A stretch of 64,000 nucleotides of DNA from Bacteroidetes bacterium 41-46 (GCA_001897515.1 MKTA01000019.1:101726-165725); one strand, 5' to 3'; positions 19,965 to 29,288 are shown, counted from the first letter of the stretch. The notes: generated from the sequence alone by a model not told the origin. Translations and numbers: made by a program.

Positions 19965-20729
19965 TTAGTTGTTCTCTATAAAATCAAATGTCGACAAGAC
20001 ATCGGGTTTCCCCTTTTGTACCACCACCATTAACTCATAGTGTGCAGAATTCATCTTATCAATGGTACTCAGAGTCCAGCCGTCATCGTGAAGATATACG
20101 TTCCTGGATCCTGCATTGACCATTGGTTCAATGCATATCACAAGACCTTCGGTTAGTTTTTTCCCATCACCTCTTCTGCCATAGTTTGGAACCTCAGGTG
20201 ATTCATGGAGTTTTTTTCCAATCCCATGACCCACCATCTCTCTTACAACAGAAAAACCTGCTTTTTCAACATGCTCCTGAACTGCATAAGAGACATCTCC
20301 CATTCTGTTGCCATGGATTGCCTTCTCTATCCCTTTGTAAAGAGACTCTTTGGTAACTCTCAACAACCTCTCTGTCTCGGGAGTCACCTCTCCGACAGGG
20401 AATGTATAAGCAGAGTCTCCATAGTAGCCCTTCATAAAGGTACCGCAATCCACAGAGATAATATCGCCCTCCTGCAGTCTGTAATCTGATGCAAATCCGT
20501 GGACCACGACATCATTAACAGAGATGCAAAGCGAATAGGGAAAACCTCCGTAACCAAGGAACGCAGGCACTGCGCCATTGTCGCGAATAAATGTTTCGGC
20601 AATTTTGTTAAGCTCTAAGGTTGTAACACCAGGAGCTACATGCCGTCCCACCTCCGCAAGAGTCTTTGATACAAGCAGAGCATTCTCTCTCAGTATCTCA
20701 ATCTCTTCCCCGGTCTTAAGTCTTATCAT
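19965..20729 (-). CDS. map: Methionine aminopeptidase type I
   Basis: CISVNDVVVHG, SVDCG, GDSAYT, GHGIG..LHE.P, IEPMVNAG. Confidence 0.98.
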   Translation of the reverse strand: MIRLKTGEEIEILRENALLVSKTLAEVGRHVAPGVTTLELNKIAETFIRDNGAVPAFLGYGGFPYSLCISVNDVVVHGFASDYRLQEGDIISVDCGTFMKGYYGDSAYTFPVGEVTPETERLLRVTKESLYKGIEKAIHGNRMGDVSYAVQEHVEKAGFSVVREMVGHGIGKKLHESPEVPNYGRRGDGKKLTEGLVICIEPMVNAGSRNVYLHDDGWTLSTIDKMNSAHYELMVVVQKGKPDVLSTFDFIENN

Positions 20730-20752
20730 TATTTGAAAGAACTTTATTAGCC

Positions 20753-22075
20753 TTAAGCTCCTGTACGACCCTTCAAACGACCTGTCTTCATAAGACCGTC
20801 GTAGTGGCGCATCAGAAGATGGCTCTCTATTTGCTGTAGTGTATCAAGTACCACACCCACAAGGATCAGCAGCGAAGTTCCCCCGTAAAACTGGGCAAAC
20901 TGGCCGTCAACCCCAAGCATGCTGGCAAAAGCCGGAAGGATTGCGACAATCGCGAGGAAAATCGAACCAGGAAGCGTAATGCGAGACATAATGGAATCAA
21001 GGTATTCGGCAGTCTTTTTACCTGGTTTAATACCTGGAATAAAACCTCCGTTCTTCTTCATATCCTCAGCCATCATTGTTGGGTTCACCGTAACTGCTGT
21101 ATAGAAGTAGGTGAAAGCAACAACCATTAATCCAAAGATGAAGTTGTACCAAAATCCCATAGGGTTTGTAAGTGTAGCGGCAATTCCGCGAGTTGCGTCA
21201 AAGCCTGCAAAAATAAGCGGGAACATCATCAAAGCCTGTGCGAAGATAATTGGCATAACGCCAGCCGCGTTTATCTTCAGCGGGATATATTGACGAACTC
21301 CGCCATATTGTTTGTTACCAATAATTCTCTTGGCATACTGAACAGGAATCTTTCTGGTCCCCTGTACAAGAGCTATTGTAGCTACGAATACAAAGAAGAG
21401 AATAATGCCCTCAACAATAAGCATCAGGACACCGCCTCCGGCGCTCTGGCTTATTCTAGCACCACCCTCTGCCACCAGGGCAAATGGAAGTCTGGCAATG
21501 ATTCCCACCATAATGATGAGTGATATTCCATTACCTAAGCCGCGATCGGTAATGCGCTCACCCAACCACATTATGAACATGGTTCCACCAATAAGTACTA
21601 CGGTTGCAAATACATTGAATGTAAATCCTTTAAGAATGAATGCAGTCTCCGGAAGCTGAACGTGCAGGTTTGCCATATAGGCAGGACCCTGAAGAGCAAG
21701 AATAACTATTGTCAGGTATCTTGTCCACTGGTTCATCTTTCTTCTTCCGCTTTCACCCTCTCTCTGAAGCCTCTGGAAGTAAGGAATCATAATTCCCAGA
21801 AGCTGAATCACGATTGATGCAGAGATATATGGCATTACCCCCAGTGCAAAAATGGAGGCGTTACCGAATGCTCCGCCTGAGAACATATTGAGGAGACCGA
21901 GCAACCCTTCGGATGCCTGGTTCTGCAACTGATCCAGTTGAGTAGGGTCAATCCCCGGTAGCACAACATAGCTTCCCAGACGATAAACCAGCAGCAATAA
22001 AACAGTATAAACTATCCTCTTGCGAAGTTCCTCTATCTTGAAAATGTTCTTTATCGTTTCAATAAATTTTTTCAT
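20753..22075 (-). CDS. secY: Preprotein translocase subunit SecY
   Basis: SIFALGVMPYISASIVIQLL, GLGNGISLII, FIPGIKPG, GGTSLLI. Confidence 0.99.
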   Translation of the reverse strand: MKKFIETIKNIFKIEELRKRIVYTVLLLLVYRLGSYVVLPGIDPTQLDQLQNQASEGLLGLLNMFSGGAFGNASIFALGVMPYISASIVIQLLGIMIPYFQRLQREGESGRRKMNQWTRYLTIVILALQGPAYMANLHVQLPETAFILKGFTFNVFATVVLIGGTMFIMWLGERITDRGLGNGISLIIMVGIIARLPFALVAEGGARISQSAGGGVLMLIVEGIILFFVFVATIALVQGTRKIPVQYAKRIIGNKQYGGVRQYIPLKINAAGVMPIIFAQALMMFPLIFAGFDATRGIAATLTNPMGFWYNFIFGLMVVAFTYFYTAVTVNPTMMAEDMKKNGGFIPGIKPGKKTAEYLDSIMSRITLPGSIFLAIVAILPAFASMLGVDGQFAQFYGGTSLLILVGVVLDTLQQIESHLLMRHYDGLMKTGRLKGRTGA

Positions 22076-22083
22076 GGGCTTCG

Positions 22084-22530
22084 TTAGATTTTAGTAGCCT
22101 TACCCTGCTGTGCCTCAATCTGTGCTATGGCCGATTTTGAAAATGCGTGTGCTGTAACATCAAGTTTTGCGGTAAGTGTACCATTGCCAAGGATTTTAAC
22201 CCTGTCATTTTTTGACACAAGACCATATTGAGCAAGTACATCAAGGTTAATTACCTCAACACCTGTTTTTTCACTCAACTCCTGAAGAGTTGAAAGATTT
22301 ATTGCTTTATACTCAACTCTGTTGATGTTGTTAAATCCAAATTTTGGAAGTCTTCTCTGGAGAGGCATCTGACCTCCCTCAAAGCCAGGCTTGCGTGAAT
22401 ATCCGGAACGAGACTGAGCGCCCTTATGACCACGTGTGGATGTTCCACCGTGACCTGAACCTTCGCCCCTTCCAATTCTTTTTTCTCTGCCTTTGGCTCC
22501 TGAAGCTGGTTTTAGATTATGTAAATTCAT
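22084..22530 (-). CDS. rplO: 50S ribosomal protein L15
   Basis: RIGRGEGSGHGGTSTRGHKG, FEGGQMPLQRRLPKFGF; ATG at 22530 preferred over TTG at 22536. Confidence 0.99.
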   Translation of the reverse strand: MNLHNLKPASGAKGREKRIGRGEGSGHGGTSTRGHKGAQSRSGYSRKPGFEGGQMPLQRRLPKFGFNNINRVEYKAINLSTLQELSEKTGVEVINLDVLAQYGLVSKNDRVKILGNGTLTAKLDVTAHAFSKSAIAQIEAQQGKATKI

Positions 22531-22547
22531 TGTCAATGCTCTCCTAA

Positions 22548-22730
22548 TTAGTTAATTTCTTCAACCTTAACAAGGTGTAACACCTTATCTACCATACCCT
22601 TTATTATAGGATTATTCTCAACCTCCACCACCTGGTGAATTTTGCGTATTCCAAGAGAGGCCAGGGTTGCCTGCTGTCTTTCTGTAGCGCGAACGCTGCT
22701 TTTGACTTGAGTAATTTTAAGTTTTGTCAT
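22548..22730 (-). CDS. rpmD: 50S ribosomal protein L30
   Basis: KITQVKS...TLASLGIRKIHQVV...GMVDKV.HLV; operon position. Confidence 0.98.
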   Translation of the reverse strand: MTKLKITQVKSSVRATERQQATLASLGIRKIHQVVEVENNPIIKGMVDKVLHLVKVEEIN

Positions 22731-22741
22731 CTTTTTTCCTC

Positions 22742-23260
22742 CTAGCCTTTAAAAACTTTATTCATTGGAACTCCACGCAAACCTGCTACTGTATAAGCAT
22801 CTCTCATTTCTAGAAGAGCTGCAACGGTTGCCTTTACAAGGTTGTGAGGATTTGAAGAGCCTTTAGACTTTGCAAGAACGTCGTGAATGCCCACAGACTC
22901 GAACACTGCGCGCATCGCACCACCAGCCTTAACTCCGGTTCCCTCGGCAGCCGGCTTCATAAATACTCTGGCACCTCCAAATTTTGCCTCCTGCTCATGA
23001 GGAATAGTCTTCTTGTTAAGAGGTATCTTTACAAGATTCTTCTTGGCATCCTCTATTCCTTTGGAAATAGCGGTTGTTACCTCGTTTGCCTTACCAAGGC
23101 CGTAACCTACCACACCCTTCTCATCACCAACCACAACAATGGCTGCGAAGCTGAAGTGGCGACCACCTTTGGTTACCTTGGTAACCCTCTTAACTGCCAC
23201 CAATCTGTCTTTAAGCTCCAGATCGGTTGTTTTAACTTTCTTTACGTTTATATTTGTCAT
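22742..23260 (-). CDS. rpsE: 30S ribosomal protein S5
   Basis: [29 protein letters not shown]. Confidence 0.99.
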   Translation of the reverse strand: MTNINVKKVKTTDLELKDRLVAVKRVTKVTKGGRHFSFAAIVVVGDEKGVVGYGLGKANEVTTAISKGIEDAKKNLVKIPLNKKTIPHEQEAKFGGARVFMKPAAEGTGVKAGGAMRAVFESVGIHDVLAKSKGSSNPHNLVKATVAALLEMRDAYTVAGLRGVPMNKVFKG

Positions 23261-23269
23261 AGTCAGTTA

Positions 23270-23632
23270 CTAGAATTTAAGACCACCTTCGCGGGCGGCT
23301 TCTGCCAAACTTTTAACTCTTCCGTGATAAAGGTAACCTCCGCGATCGAAAGAGACCTCATTAATACCCTTTTCGATAGCTCTTTGTGCGGCAAGCTTGC
23401 CCACCAGTTTTGCAACCTCTACTCCGGATTTACCTTTGCACTCCTCAACGATAGCCTTGTCGGTAGAGCTTGCGCTTGCAAGAGTAACCCCGTTGATATC
23501 GTCAATAAACTGCACATATATCTGCTTATTGCTTCTGAATACAGCCAGTCTTGGCCTCTCCGCCACACCGTTCACAACTTTGCGAATTCGGTGCTGTATC
23601 CTCTTTCTTCTTTCAATTTTATTTAAAGCCAT
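23270..23632 (-). CDS. rplR: 50S ribosomal protein L18
   Basis: [29 protein letters not shown]. Confidence 0.99.
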   Translation of the reverse strand: MALNKIERRKRIQHRIRKVVNGVAERPRLAVFRSNKQIYVQFIDDINGVTLASASSTDKAIVEECKGKSGVEVAKLVGKLAAQRAIEKGINEVSFDRGGYLYHGRVKSLAEAAREGGLKF

Positions 23633-23649
23633 ATCTCTTCTTCTCCTTA

Positions 23650-24210
23650 TTATTTAGCGCTGGCAGATTTACCTGCTTTACGACGAAGTTGTTCACCCAC
23701 AAACTTAATACCTTTTCCTTTGTATGGTTCAGGCTTACGCAGCGAGCGTATTTTGGCGGCTACCATTCCTACAAGTTGTTTGTCGTGGCTTGTCAGCGTA
23801 AGTACAGGGTTTGCACCCTTCTTTACAACCTCTGCAGAAGCTTTTACCTCTGAAGGTATCATAAAGTGGATGTCGTGAGAGTAGCCAAGGCTCATCTCAA
23901 TAACTTGTCCCTTAACTTCGCAACGATAACCCACACCAACAAACTCCTGTTTGATGGAGAATCCCTGAGATACACCAGTCACCATATTCTGAATAAGTGC
24001 GCGGTAAAGACCGTGCATTGAGCGGTGGCGTGGCTGATCAGTAGGACGAGTTACTTTTACTGTGCTCCCCTCTACCTCTACGGTAATGTCTGCGTCCACT
24101 TTCTGAACCAGCTCACCCAGGGGGCCTTTAACCTTTACGACGTTTCCCGGCTCAACTGTGAGAGTCACTCCGGACGGAAGGTTTACAGGTAATTTTCCTA
24201 TTCGTGACAT
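23650..24210 (-). CDS. rplF: 50S ribosomal protein L6
   Basis: [27 protein letters not shown]. Confidence 0.99.
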   Translation of the reverse strand: MSRIGKLPVNLPSGVTLTVEPGNVVKVKGPLGELVQKVDADITVEVEGSTVKVTRPTDQPRHRSMHGLYRALIQNMVTGVSQGFSIKQEFVGVGYRCEVKGQVIEMSLGYSHDIHFMIPSEVKASAEVVKKGANPVLTLTSHDKQLVGMVAAKIRSLRKPEPYKGKGIKFVGEQLRRKAGKSASAK

Positions 24211-24243
24211 TATTAATAAATGGTTTTAATAAATAATTTCTTT

Positions 24244-24639
24244 TTAATATACGTAGCAGATTACCTCTCCGCCAACATTGAGATCTCTTGCCTCTTTGTC
24301 GGTTATCATACCTTTTGAGGTTGATAGAATGGCGATGCCCAGTCCGTTCAGTACTCTTGGAAGTTTCTCAACTCCAACATACCTTCTTAGACCAGGAGAG
24401 CTTATTCTGGTAATTTTTTTGATAGCAGCCTTCTTAGTCTCAGGGTGATACTTAAGTGCTATCTTAATAGTGTTTGCCGGAGTTCCTTCAACCAACTTGT
24501 AGCTCAGGATATAACCCTTTTCATGAAGAATACGGGTGATCTCCATCTTCATGTTTGAAGCGGGAATCTCAACAACTTTGTGTCCTGCAAGATATGCATT
24601 TCTTACTCTTGTCAGGAAGTCTGCAATTGGATCAGTCAT
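24244..24639 (-). CDS. rpsH: 30S ribosomal protein S8
   Basis: MTDPIADFLTRVRNA, RISSPGLRRY, GLGIAILSTSKG. Confidence 0.99.
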   Translation of the reverse strand: MTDPIADFLTRVRNAYLAGHKVVEIPASNMKMEITRILHEKGYILSYKLVEGTPANTIKIALKYHPETKKAAIKKITRISSPGLRRYVGVEKLPRVLNGLGIAILSTSKGMITDKEARDLNVGGEVICYVY

Positions 24640-24745
24640 TTTTTCTCTTTTTTGCTTGGTAAGCGACGCCTCTTCTTAATATTGGCGCCCGATATCCAAT
24701 AGTTTATAAATAAAATATGTAGTTGCGATTTTTATCGCATTTATT

Positions 24746-25015
24746 CTACCAGCTGGCTTTGCGGACGCCCGGGATAAGGCCTTTGCTTGCCATCTCGCGG
24801 AACTGGATACGGCTGATACCGAAAACACGCATATAACCCTTTGGACGTCCTGTCAATGAACAACGATTATGTTTACGAACAGGGCTGGAGTTCTTAGGAA
24901 GCAGGTCAAGAGCGGCATAATCGCCTGCCTCTTTCAGTGCTTTGCGTTTTTCTGCATATTTGGCACATAGTTTAGCGCGTTTTACTTCGCGTGCCTTCAT
25001 TGATTCTTTTGCCAT
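24746..25015 (-). CDS. rpsN: 30S ribosomal protein S14 (89-aa, zinc-independent type)
   Basis: [10 protein letters not shown]...[19 protein letters not shown]; a single Cys only. Confidence 0.99.
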   Translation of the reverse strand: MAKESMKAREVKRAKLCAKYAEKRKALKEAGDYAALDLLPKNSSPVRKHNRCSLTGRPKGYMRVFGISRIQFREMASKGLIPGVRKASW

Positions 25016-25031
25016 TATCTATCTCTTTATA

Positions 25032-25679
25032 TTATTTCTTAATATTCTTGAAAGGCAGACCGAATTCGCGAAGAAGGGCGAAAGCCTCTTCATCCTTGCT
25101 GGCAGATGTAACAAATGTGATCTCCATGCCCAGGATCTTTGTCACTTTGTCAATATCAATTTCAGGGAAGATGATCTGCTCCTTAATACCCAGTGTATAG
25201 TTTCCTTTTCCGTCGAACTTCTCGTTAATTCCTTTGAAGTCTCTGATACGAGGCAAAGAAATAGCGACTAGTCTCTCAAGGAATTCATACATCTTTGCAG
25301 CGCGGAGAGTAACCTTCACTCCGATAGGCATTCCCTTACGAAGTTTGAAGTTGGAAATATCCTTGCGTGAGTATGTAAGAACAGCCTTCTGTCCTGTTAT
25401 AGTTGTAAGCTCCTGCTGAGCTATCTCTACAAGCTTCTTGTCTGCAGTAGCAGAGCCCACACCTTGATTGATAGTTATTTTAGTAAGTTTTGGAACCTGC
25501 ATAACAGATGTATATCCAAACTCTTTCATTAGCTTAGCGGTAATCTCCTCTTTAAATCTCTTCTGCAGAGTAGGAACATAACCCTTGGCTACAACTTGAG
25601 CTCCCTCAACTTTAGCAGCCTTTTCAGCCTTTCCTTTAGATGCAGCCTTAGGTGCTGCGTTTGGTTTTGTACTTGCCAT
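25032..25679 (-). CDS. rplE: 50S ribosomal protein L5 with N-terminal extension
   Basis: [42 protein letters not shown]; start overlaps the rplX stop (TAATG). Confidence 0.99.
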   Translation of the reverse strand: MASTKPNAAPKAASKGKAEKAAKVEGAQVVAKGYVPTLQKRFKEEITAKLMKEFGYTSVMQVPKLTKITINQGVGSATADKKLVEIAQQELTTITGQKAVLTYSRKDISNFKLRKGMPIGVKVTLRAAKMYEFLERLVAISLPRIRDFKGINEKFDGKGNYTLGIKEQIIFPEIDIDKVTKILGMEITFVTSASKDEEAFALLREFGLPFKNIKK

Positions 25680-26002
25680 TATTTAATCTCCTCTCCAGAT
25701 TTTTTCGCGTAACGAACTAGTTTTCCCTTATCATTCAATTTGCGACCAATGCGGGTTGCGCCACCCTTAACAGGATCAACCACCTGCAGGTTTGATACAT
25801 GAACGCCAGCCTCTTGCTTAATAATTCCTCCCTGAGGATTCTTAGCGTTTGGCTTGGTATGCTTGCTTACCATGTTGATTCCCTCAACAATGGCGCGATT
25901 CTTTTCTGTAAGCACCTCGAGAACCTTACCTGTCTTTCCTCGGTCGTCTCCGGCATTTACATAGACTGTATCGCCTTTTTTAATATGTAATTTCTTATTC
26001 AT
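25679..26002 (-). CDS. rplX: 50S ribosomal protein L24
   Basis: IKKGDTV...[15 protein letters not shown]...PQGGII. Confidence 0.99.
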   Translation of the reverse strand: MNKKLHIKKGDTVYVNAGDDRGKTGKVLEVLTEKNRAIVEGINMVSKHTKPNAKNPQGGIIKQEAGVHVSNLQVVDPVKGGATRIGRKLNDKGKLVRYAKKSGEEIK

Positions 26003-26020
26003 ACTACTAATACCATTTAA

Positions 26021-26386
26021 TTATAACACCTCAGGTGCCAATGATACAATCTTCATATAGTTCTCGCGAAGCTCCCTTGCAACAGGTCCAAAGATACGGG
26101 TTCCCCTTACCTCACCCTGGTTGTTGAGCAATACACAAGCATTGTCGTCAAAACGGATATATGAACCGTCCTGACGACGGATCTCCTTCTTAGTTCTTAC
26201 AATCACCGCCTTTGATACTGTTCCCTTCTTGGCATCGCCTCCGGGGATTGCACTCTTTACGGTAACAACAATTTTATCGCCTACTCCGGCATAGCGGCGG
26301 CGGGTTCCCCCCAGCACACGGATACAAAGAACCTCCTTTGCACCGCTGTTGTCAGCCACCAATAATCTCGATTCTTGCTGTATCAT
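26021..26386 (-). CDS. rplN: 50S ribosomal protein L14
   Basis: [35 protein letters not shown]. Confidence 0.99.
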   Translation of the reverse strand: MIQQESRLLVADNSGAKEVLCIRVLGGTRRRYAGVGDKIVVTVKSAIPGGDAKKGTVSKAVIVRTKKEIRRQDGSYIRFDDNACVLLNNQGEVRGTRIFGPVARELRENYMKIVSLAPEVL

Positions 26387-26389
26387 AGC

Positions 26390-26644
26390 TTATTTAACTT
26401 TTTCTACAATTTCTACTAGTCTCCAGCGTTTTGTCTTACTCAGCGGACGTGTTTCCATGATGCGGATGGTATCACCCTCACTACACTCATTTTTTTCGTC
26501 ATGAGCAACAAACTTAGTGGTTTTGTTTACGAACTTGCCGTAAATAGGGTGCTTTACCTTTCTTTTAACAGCGACAACTACGGATTTTTCCATTTTGTTG
26601 CTGACCACTACACCTACTCTTTCTTTGCGAAGATTTCTTTCCAT
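26390..26644 (-). CDS. rpsQ: 30S ribosomal protein S17
   Basis: [29 protein letters not shown]. Confidence 0.99.
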   Translation of the reverse strand: MERNLRKERVGVVVSNKMEKSVVVAVKRKVKHPIYGKFVNKTTKFVAHDEKNECSEGDTIRIMETRPLSKTKRWRLVEIVEKVK

Positions 26645-26649
26645 GTCTT

Positions 26650-26850
26650 CTATTTGCTCTGATTTGTTTCCTTCTGGCTCAATACAGTGAGCATTCTGGC
26701 AATGTTTCTTCTTGCTTTCTTAATCTGAGATAAATCATCCAATGGAGAAATAGCGTGATTCATCTTCATACGCACAAGATTGGTCTTCTCAGACTCAATG
26801 CGCTCTCTAAGATCCTTTGCGGACAACTCTCTTATCTCTTGAGTTTTCAT
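26650..26850 (-). CDS. rpmC: 50S ribosomal protein L29
   Basis: EIRELS..DL...[13 protein letters not shown]; position after rplP. Confidence 0.97.
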   Translation of the reverse strand: MKTQEIRELSAKDLRERIESEKTNLVRMKMNHAISPLDDLSQIKKARRNIARMLTVLSQKETNQSK

Positions 26851-26869
26851 CTTATTCCTTCATTAAATG

Positions 26870-27289
26870 TTATTCAGTGTAATCTCTGCGAACTACAAAC
26901 TTGGTAACTACCGGCAGTTTTTGTGCGCCCAGCCTGAGTGCCTCTTTGGCAACCTCCATCGGAACACCCTCTGCTTCAATCAGGATTCTGCCAGGAGTGA
27001 TTGGGGCCACAAATCCTTCAGGAGCACCCTTACCTTTACCCATACGAACCTCTGCAGGTTTTTTGGTAAACGGCTTATCAGGGAATACTCTTATCCAAAT
27101 CTGTCCCTCACGTTTCATATAACGAACAACAGCCTGGCGGGCAGCCTCTATCTGCTGACCTGTAAGCCAGCAAGACTCTGTTGTCTTGATCCCGAAAGAT
27201 CCAAAAGAGAGTTGATTCCCCCTTTGTGCGATCCCCTTCATACGGCCTTTCTGCTGCCTTCTGAATTTGGTTTTTTTAGGTTGTAACAT
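26870..27289 (-). CDS. rplP: 50S ribosomal protein L16
   Basis: [39 protein letters not shown]. Confidence 0.99.
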   Translation of the reverse strand: MLQPKKTKFRRQQKGRMKGIAQRGNQLSFGSFGIKTTESCWLTGQQIEAARQAVVRYMKREGQIWIRVFPDKPFTKKPAEVRMGKGKGAPEGFVAPITPGRILIEAEGVPMEVAKEALRLGAQKLPVVTKFVVRRDYTE

Positions 27290-27304
27290 TTTTTCTTTTA
27301 CAGT

Positions 27305-27379
27305 TTAACGATAACGGTAAATATCTAATTGCGCTTTGGTCAATTTATTTTTCACGTTAAAAGCCTGCTCTTCAGCCAT
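27305..27379 (-). CDS. Putative 24-aa leader ORF upstream of rplP (MAEEQAFNVKNKLTKAQLDIYRYR)
   Basis: ATG at 27379, TAA at 27307-27305; lies between the rplP promoter and rplP, in frame with rplP; A-rich upstream context; no homology recognised. Confidence 0.4.
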   Translation of the reverse strand: MAEEQAFNVKNKLTKAQLDIYRYR

Positions 27380-27411
27380 TTGTTATATTTGAACACACTT
27401 TTAGCGGGTTG

Positions 27412-27441
27412 CAAATATACACAAAAAATAATACGTGCAAA
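27412..27441 (-). promoter_or_regulatory. Promoter of the rplP-rplQ operon
   Basis: TATATTTG -7 element (27419-27412), TTTG at 27441-27438 (18-nt spacer), A/T tracts further upstream. Confidence 0.75.
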
Positions 27442-27523
27442 AGAATGATGACATTTTTTACACATTTTGGACAGATTTTTTTTACAGCAAAAAAATTGAT
27501 TTACAGAGGGAGATGCGATTCAA

Positions 27524-28591
27524 TCAATTCTGAATTTTTCTCAAAAAGTCTAGAAAATTTTCTCCCCAAAATCTTGACAACTGATACTCTGAATATCCCC
27601 TCCTCATAAGTTCAATTGTCAGACTCTTCATTTTTGAAACATTTTCAAGCCCGACGACTCCTCCGCCTCCGTCAAAATCGGTACCAAGGCCAACATGCTC
27701 TATACCTGCTATCTTTACGGCATGATCAATATGGTCGGCAATATCCTTAACGGTCACCTGCTCTCTCGGCTTATCAGACAAAAAGAACCTCCCGGTTGCA
27801 ATCTGAATCAGTCCACCCCTTTGTGCAATAGCTGCAATCTCGTCATCTCTGAGGTTTCTGTTATGGTTTTTAATGCTCCATACTCCTGAATGTGTTGCAA
27901 TAACCGGTTTTGAACTCACCTCAATTACATCTTTAAGCGTCTCAACAGATGCATGAGACACATCAATAGCAATGCCAAGCCGATTCATCTCTTTTACTAC
28001 TGACACCCCGAATTCAGACAAACCTCCGTGTTCTGAAACGCCATCCATAGAAGCGTCACATATTTCATTGTTCTTGTTGTGGCAAAGAGTTATTGCTCTT
28101 ACTCCAAGATTGTAAAAGTACTCAATAAGAGTGAGATCTTTACCAATTGGATAGCCGTTTTCAAGAGCCGGAACAACAGAGAGATACCCATCAACCTTGT
28201 TTTTGATCAAATCATCCGCTGTGTGGGCAATCCTCACCCTCTCTTGCCTGCCGGCATAATCCAGAAACTTCACAAGTTCACCCTCTGCACTCTCCTTTGC
28301 CGAAATATGCCCCTCATCTGTTCTTGGTCCCTGTCCAATGAATATTGCAAAAAGAGCTGCATCCAGCCCTCCCTCTCTCATCATCGGGAAGGTAACCTGT
28401 CCTTTAATTACGGAGCCTCCTCTTTCTGGATTATTGAGGTGCAGAGCGGTATCATTATGTGTGTCTATGGTAAAATATTTTTTATGGAATAGCTCTGCAG
28501 CTTCCGTGAGCTCTCTCTCATTCTGGGCATAAAGATTTGAGATTAAGAGGGAGAAAAGTATAGTTGTCAGGATTGATAAGTTTACCTTCAT
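27524..28591 (-). CDS. Membrane dipeptidase (peptidase M19)
   Basis: IDTHND, ALENG, ITLCHN, GLSEFG..VVKEMNRLG..IDVSH, ATHS, VGLGTDFDG; signal peptide from MKVNL. Confidence 0.93.
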   Translation of the reverse strand: MKVNLSILTTILFSLLISNLYAQNERELTEAAELFHKKYFTIDTHNDTALHLNNPERGGSVIKGQVTFPMMREGGLDAALFAIFIGQGPRTDEGHISAKESAEGELVKFLDYAGRQERVRIAHTADDLIKNKVDGYLSVVPALENGYPIGKDLTLIEYFYNLGVRAITLCHNKNNEICDASMDGVSEHGGLSEFGVSVVKEMNRLGIAIDVSHASVETLKDVIEVSSKPVIATHSGVWSIKNHNRNLRDDEIAAIAQRGGLIQIATGRFFLSDKPREQVTVKDIADHIDHAVKIAGIEHVGLGTDFDGGGGVVGLENVSKMKSLTIELMRRGYSEYQLSRFWGENFLDFLRKIQN

Positions 28592-28643
28592 GGCTCTAAA
28601 TTTGCATATGAAGTCCAAAATTAAGAAATTTGAGATATCTGCA

Positions 28644-29288
28644 ATGAATCTTAGAAACGCATATAGACATTTTACTACATCTATACCCCTTGCTTTGGGT
28701 GTATTGCTAATAGCTTCCGAAACTACAGCTCAGGAGCAAAAGCGCGGGTTTGAAGTGGGTTATAAGATTGAGCAGGGTGATACCGTTTATCAGATACAGA
28801 TAAGGGACACATATCTTTTCAACTGGCCGGACAATAAAAGAAAGGGGAGAGAGTGGAGAGAGTTTTCCAGGCTGGTTTACAATTTCAGAAAAACATACCC
28901 CTACGCACTAATTGCTAAGGAGAAGGTACTTCTTGCGGACTCTGTTCTCTCTAGCAGGAAGTTCAGCAACAAGGCAAGGGAGAAGTTTATAAAAGATTTT
29001 GAGAAGCAACTCTTTGCTGAATTTGAAAAGCCATTGAGAAATATGACAATTTCTCAGGGCAAACTGCTGTTAAAGCTTATTGACAGAGAGATAGGACAGA
29101 ACTCTTTCCAAATAATTAGAGAGTACAAAGGTGGATTCAATGCCGCCTTCTGGCAGGGGATTGCCAAACTCTTCGGGTCTGATCTTAAGAAACCATATGA
29201 TAAATTCGGAGATGATAAAATGACGGAAGAGCTTGTTCAGATGTACAATAACGGGACTTTTGACTATCTGTTTTACTCAATATTTTAA
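28644..29288 (+). CDS. DUF4294 family protein
   Basis: RLVYNFRKTYPYA, QGKLLLKLIDRE.G, AFWQGIAKLFGSDLK pattern; start chosen downstream of TAAATTTG at 28597-28604. Confidence 0.8.
   Translation: MNLRNAYRHFTTSIPLALGVLLIASETTAQEQKRGFEVGYKIEQGDTVYQIQIRDTYLFNWPDNKRKGREWREFSRLVYNFRKTYPYALIAKEKVLLADSVLSSRKFSNKAREKFIKDFEKQLFAEFEKPLRNMTISQGKLLLKLIDREIGQNSFQIIREYKGGFNAAFWQGIAKLFGSDLKKPYDKFGDDKMTEELVQMYNNGTFDYLFYSIF

Noticed and set aside
22883-23626. 247-aa plus-strand ORF antisense to rpsE/rplR
   Set aside because: Shadow ORF produced by the codon bias of highly expressed r-protein genes; no motif, promoter or signal
16596-27289. Arg codon shift (more CGT/CGC in the r-operon, AGA/AGG elsewhere) as a sign of horizontal transfer
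   Set aside because: Explained by translational selection in highly expressed genes; not quantified
27290-27379. Leader ORF as an rpsC remnant, or as a stop-readthrough N-terminal extension of L16
   Set aside because: No resemblance to S3 C-termini; TAA is the least leaky stop, and rplP has its own A-rich start
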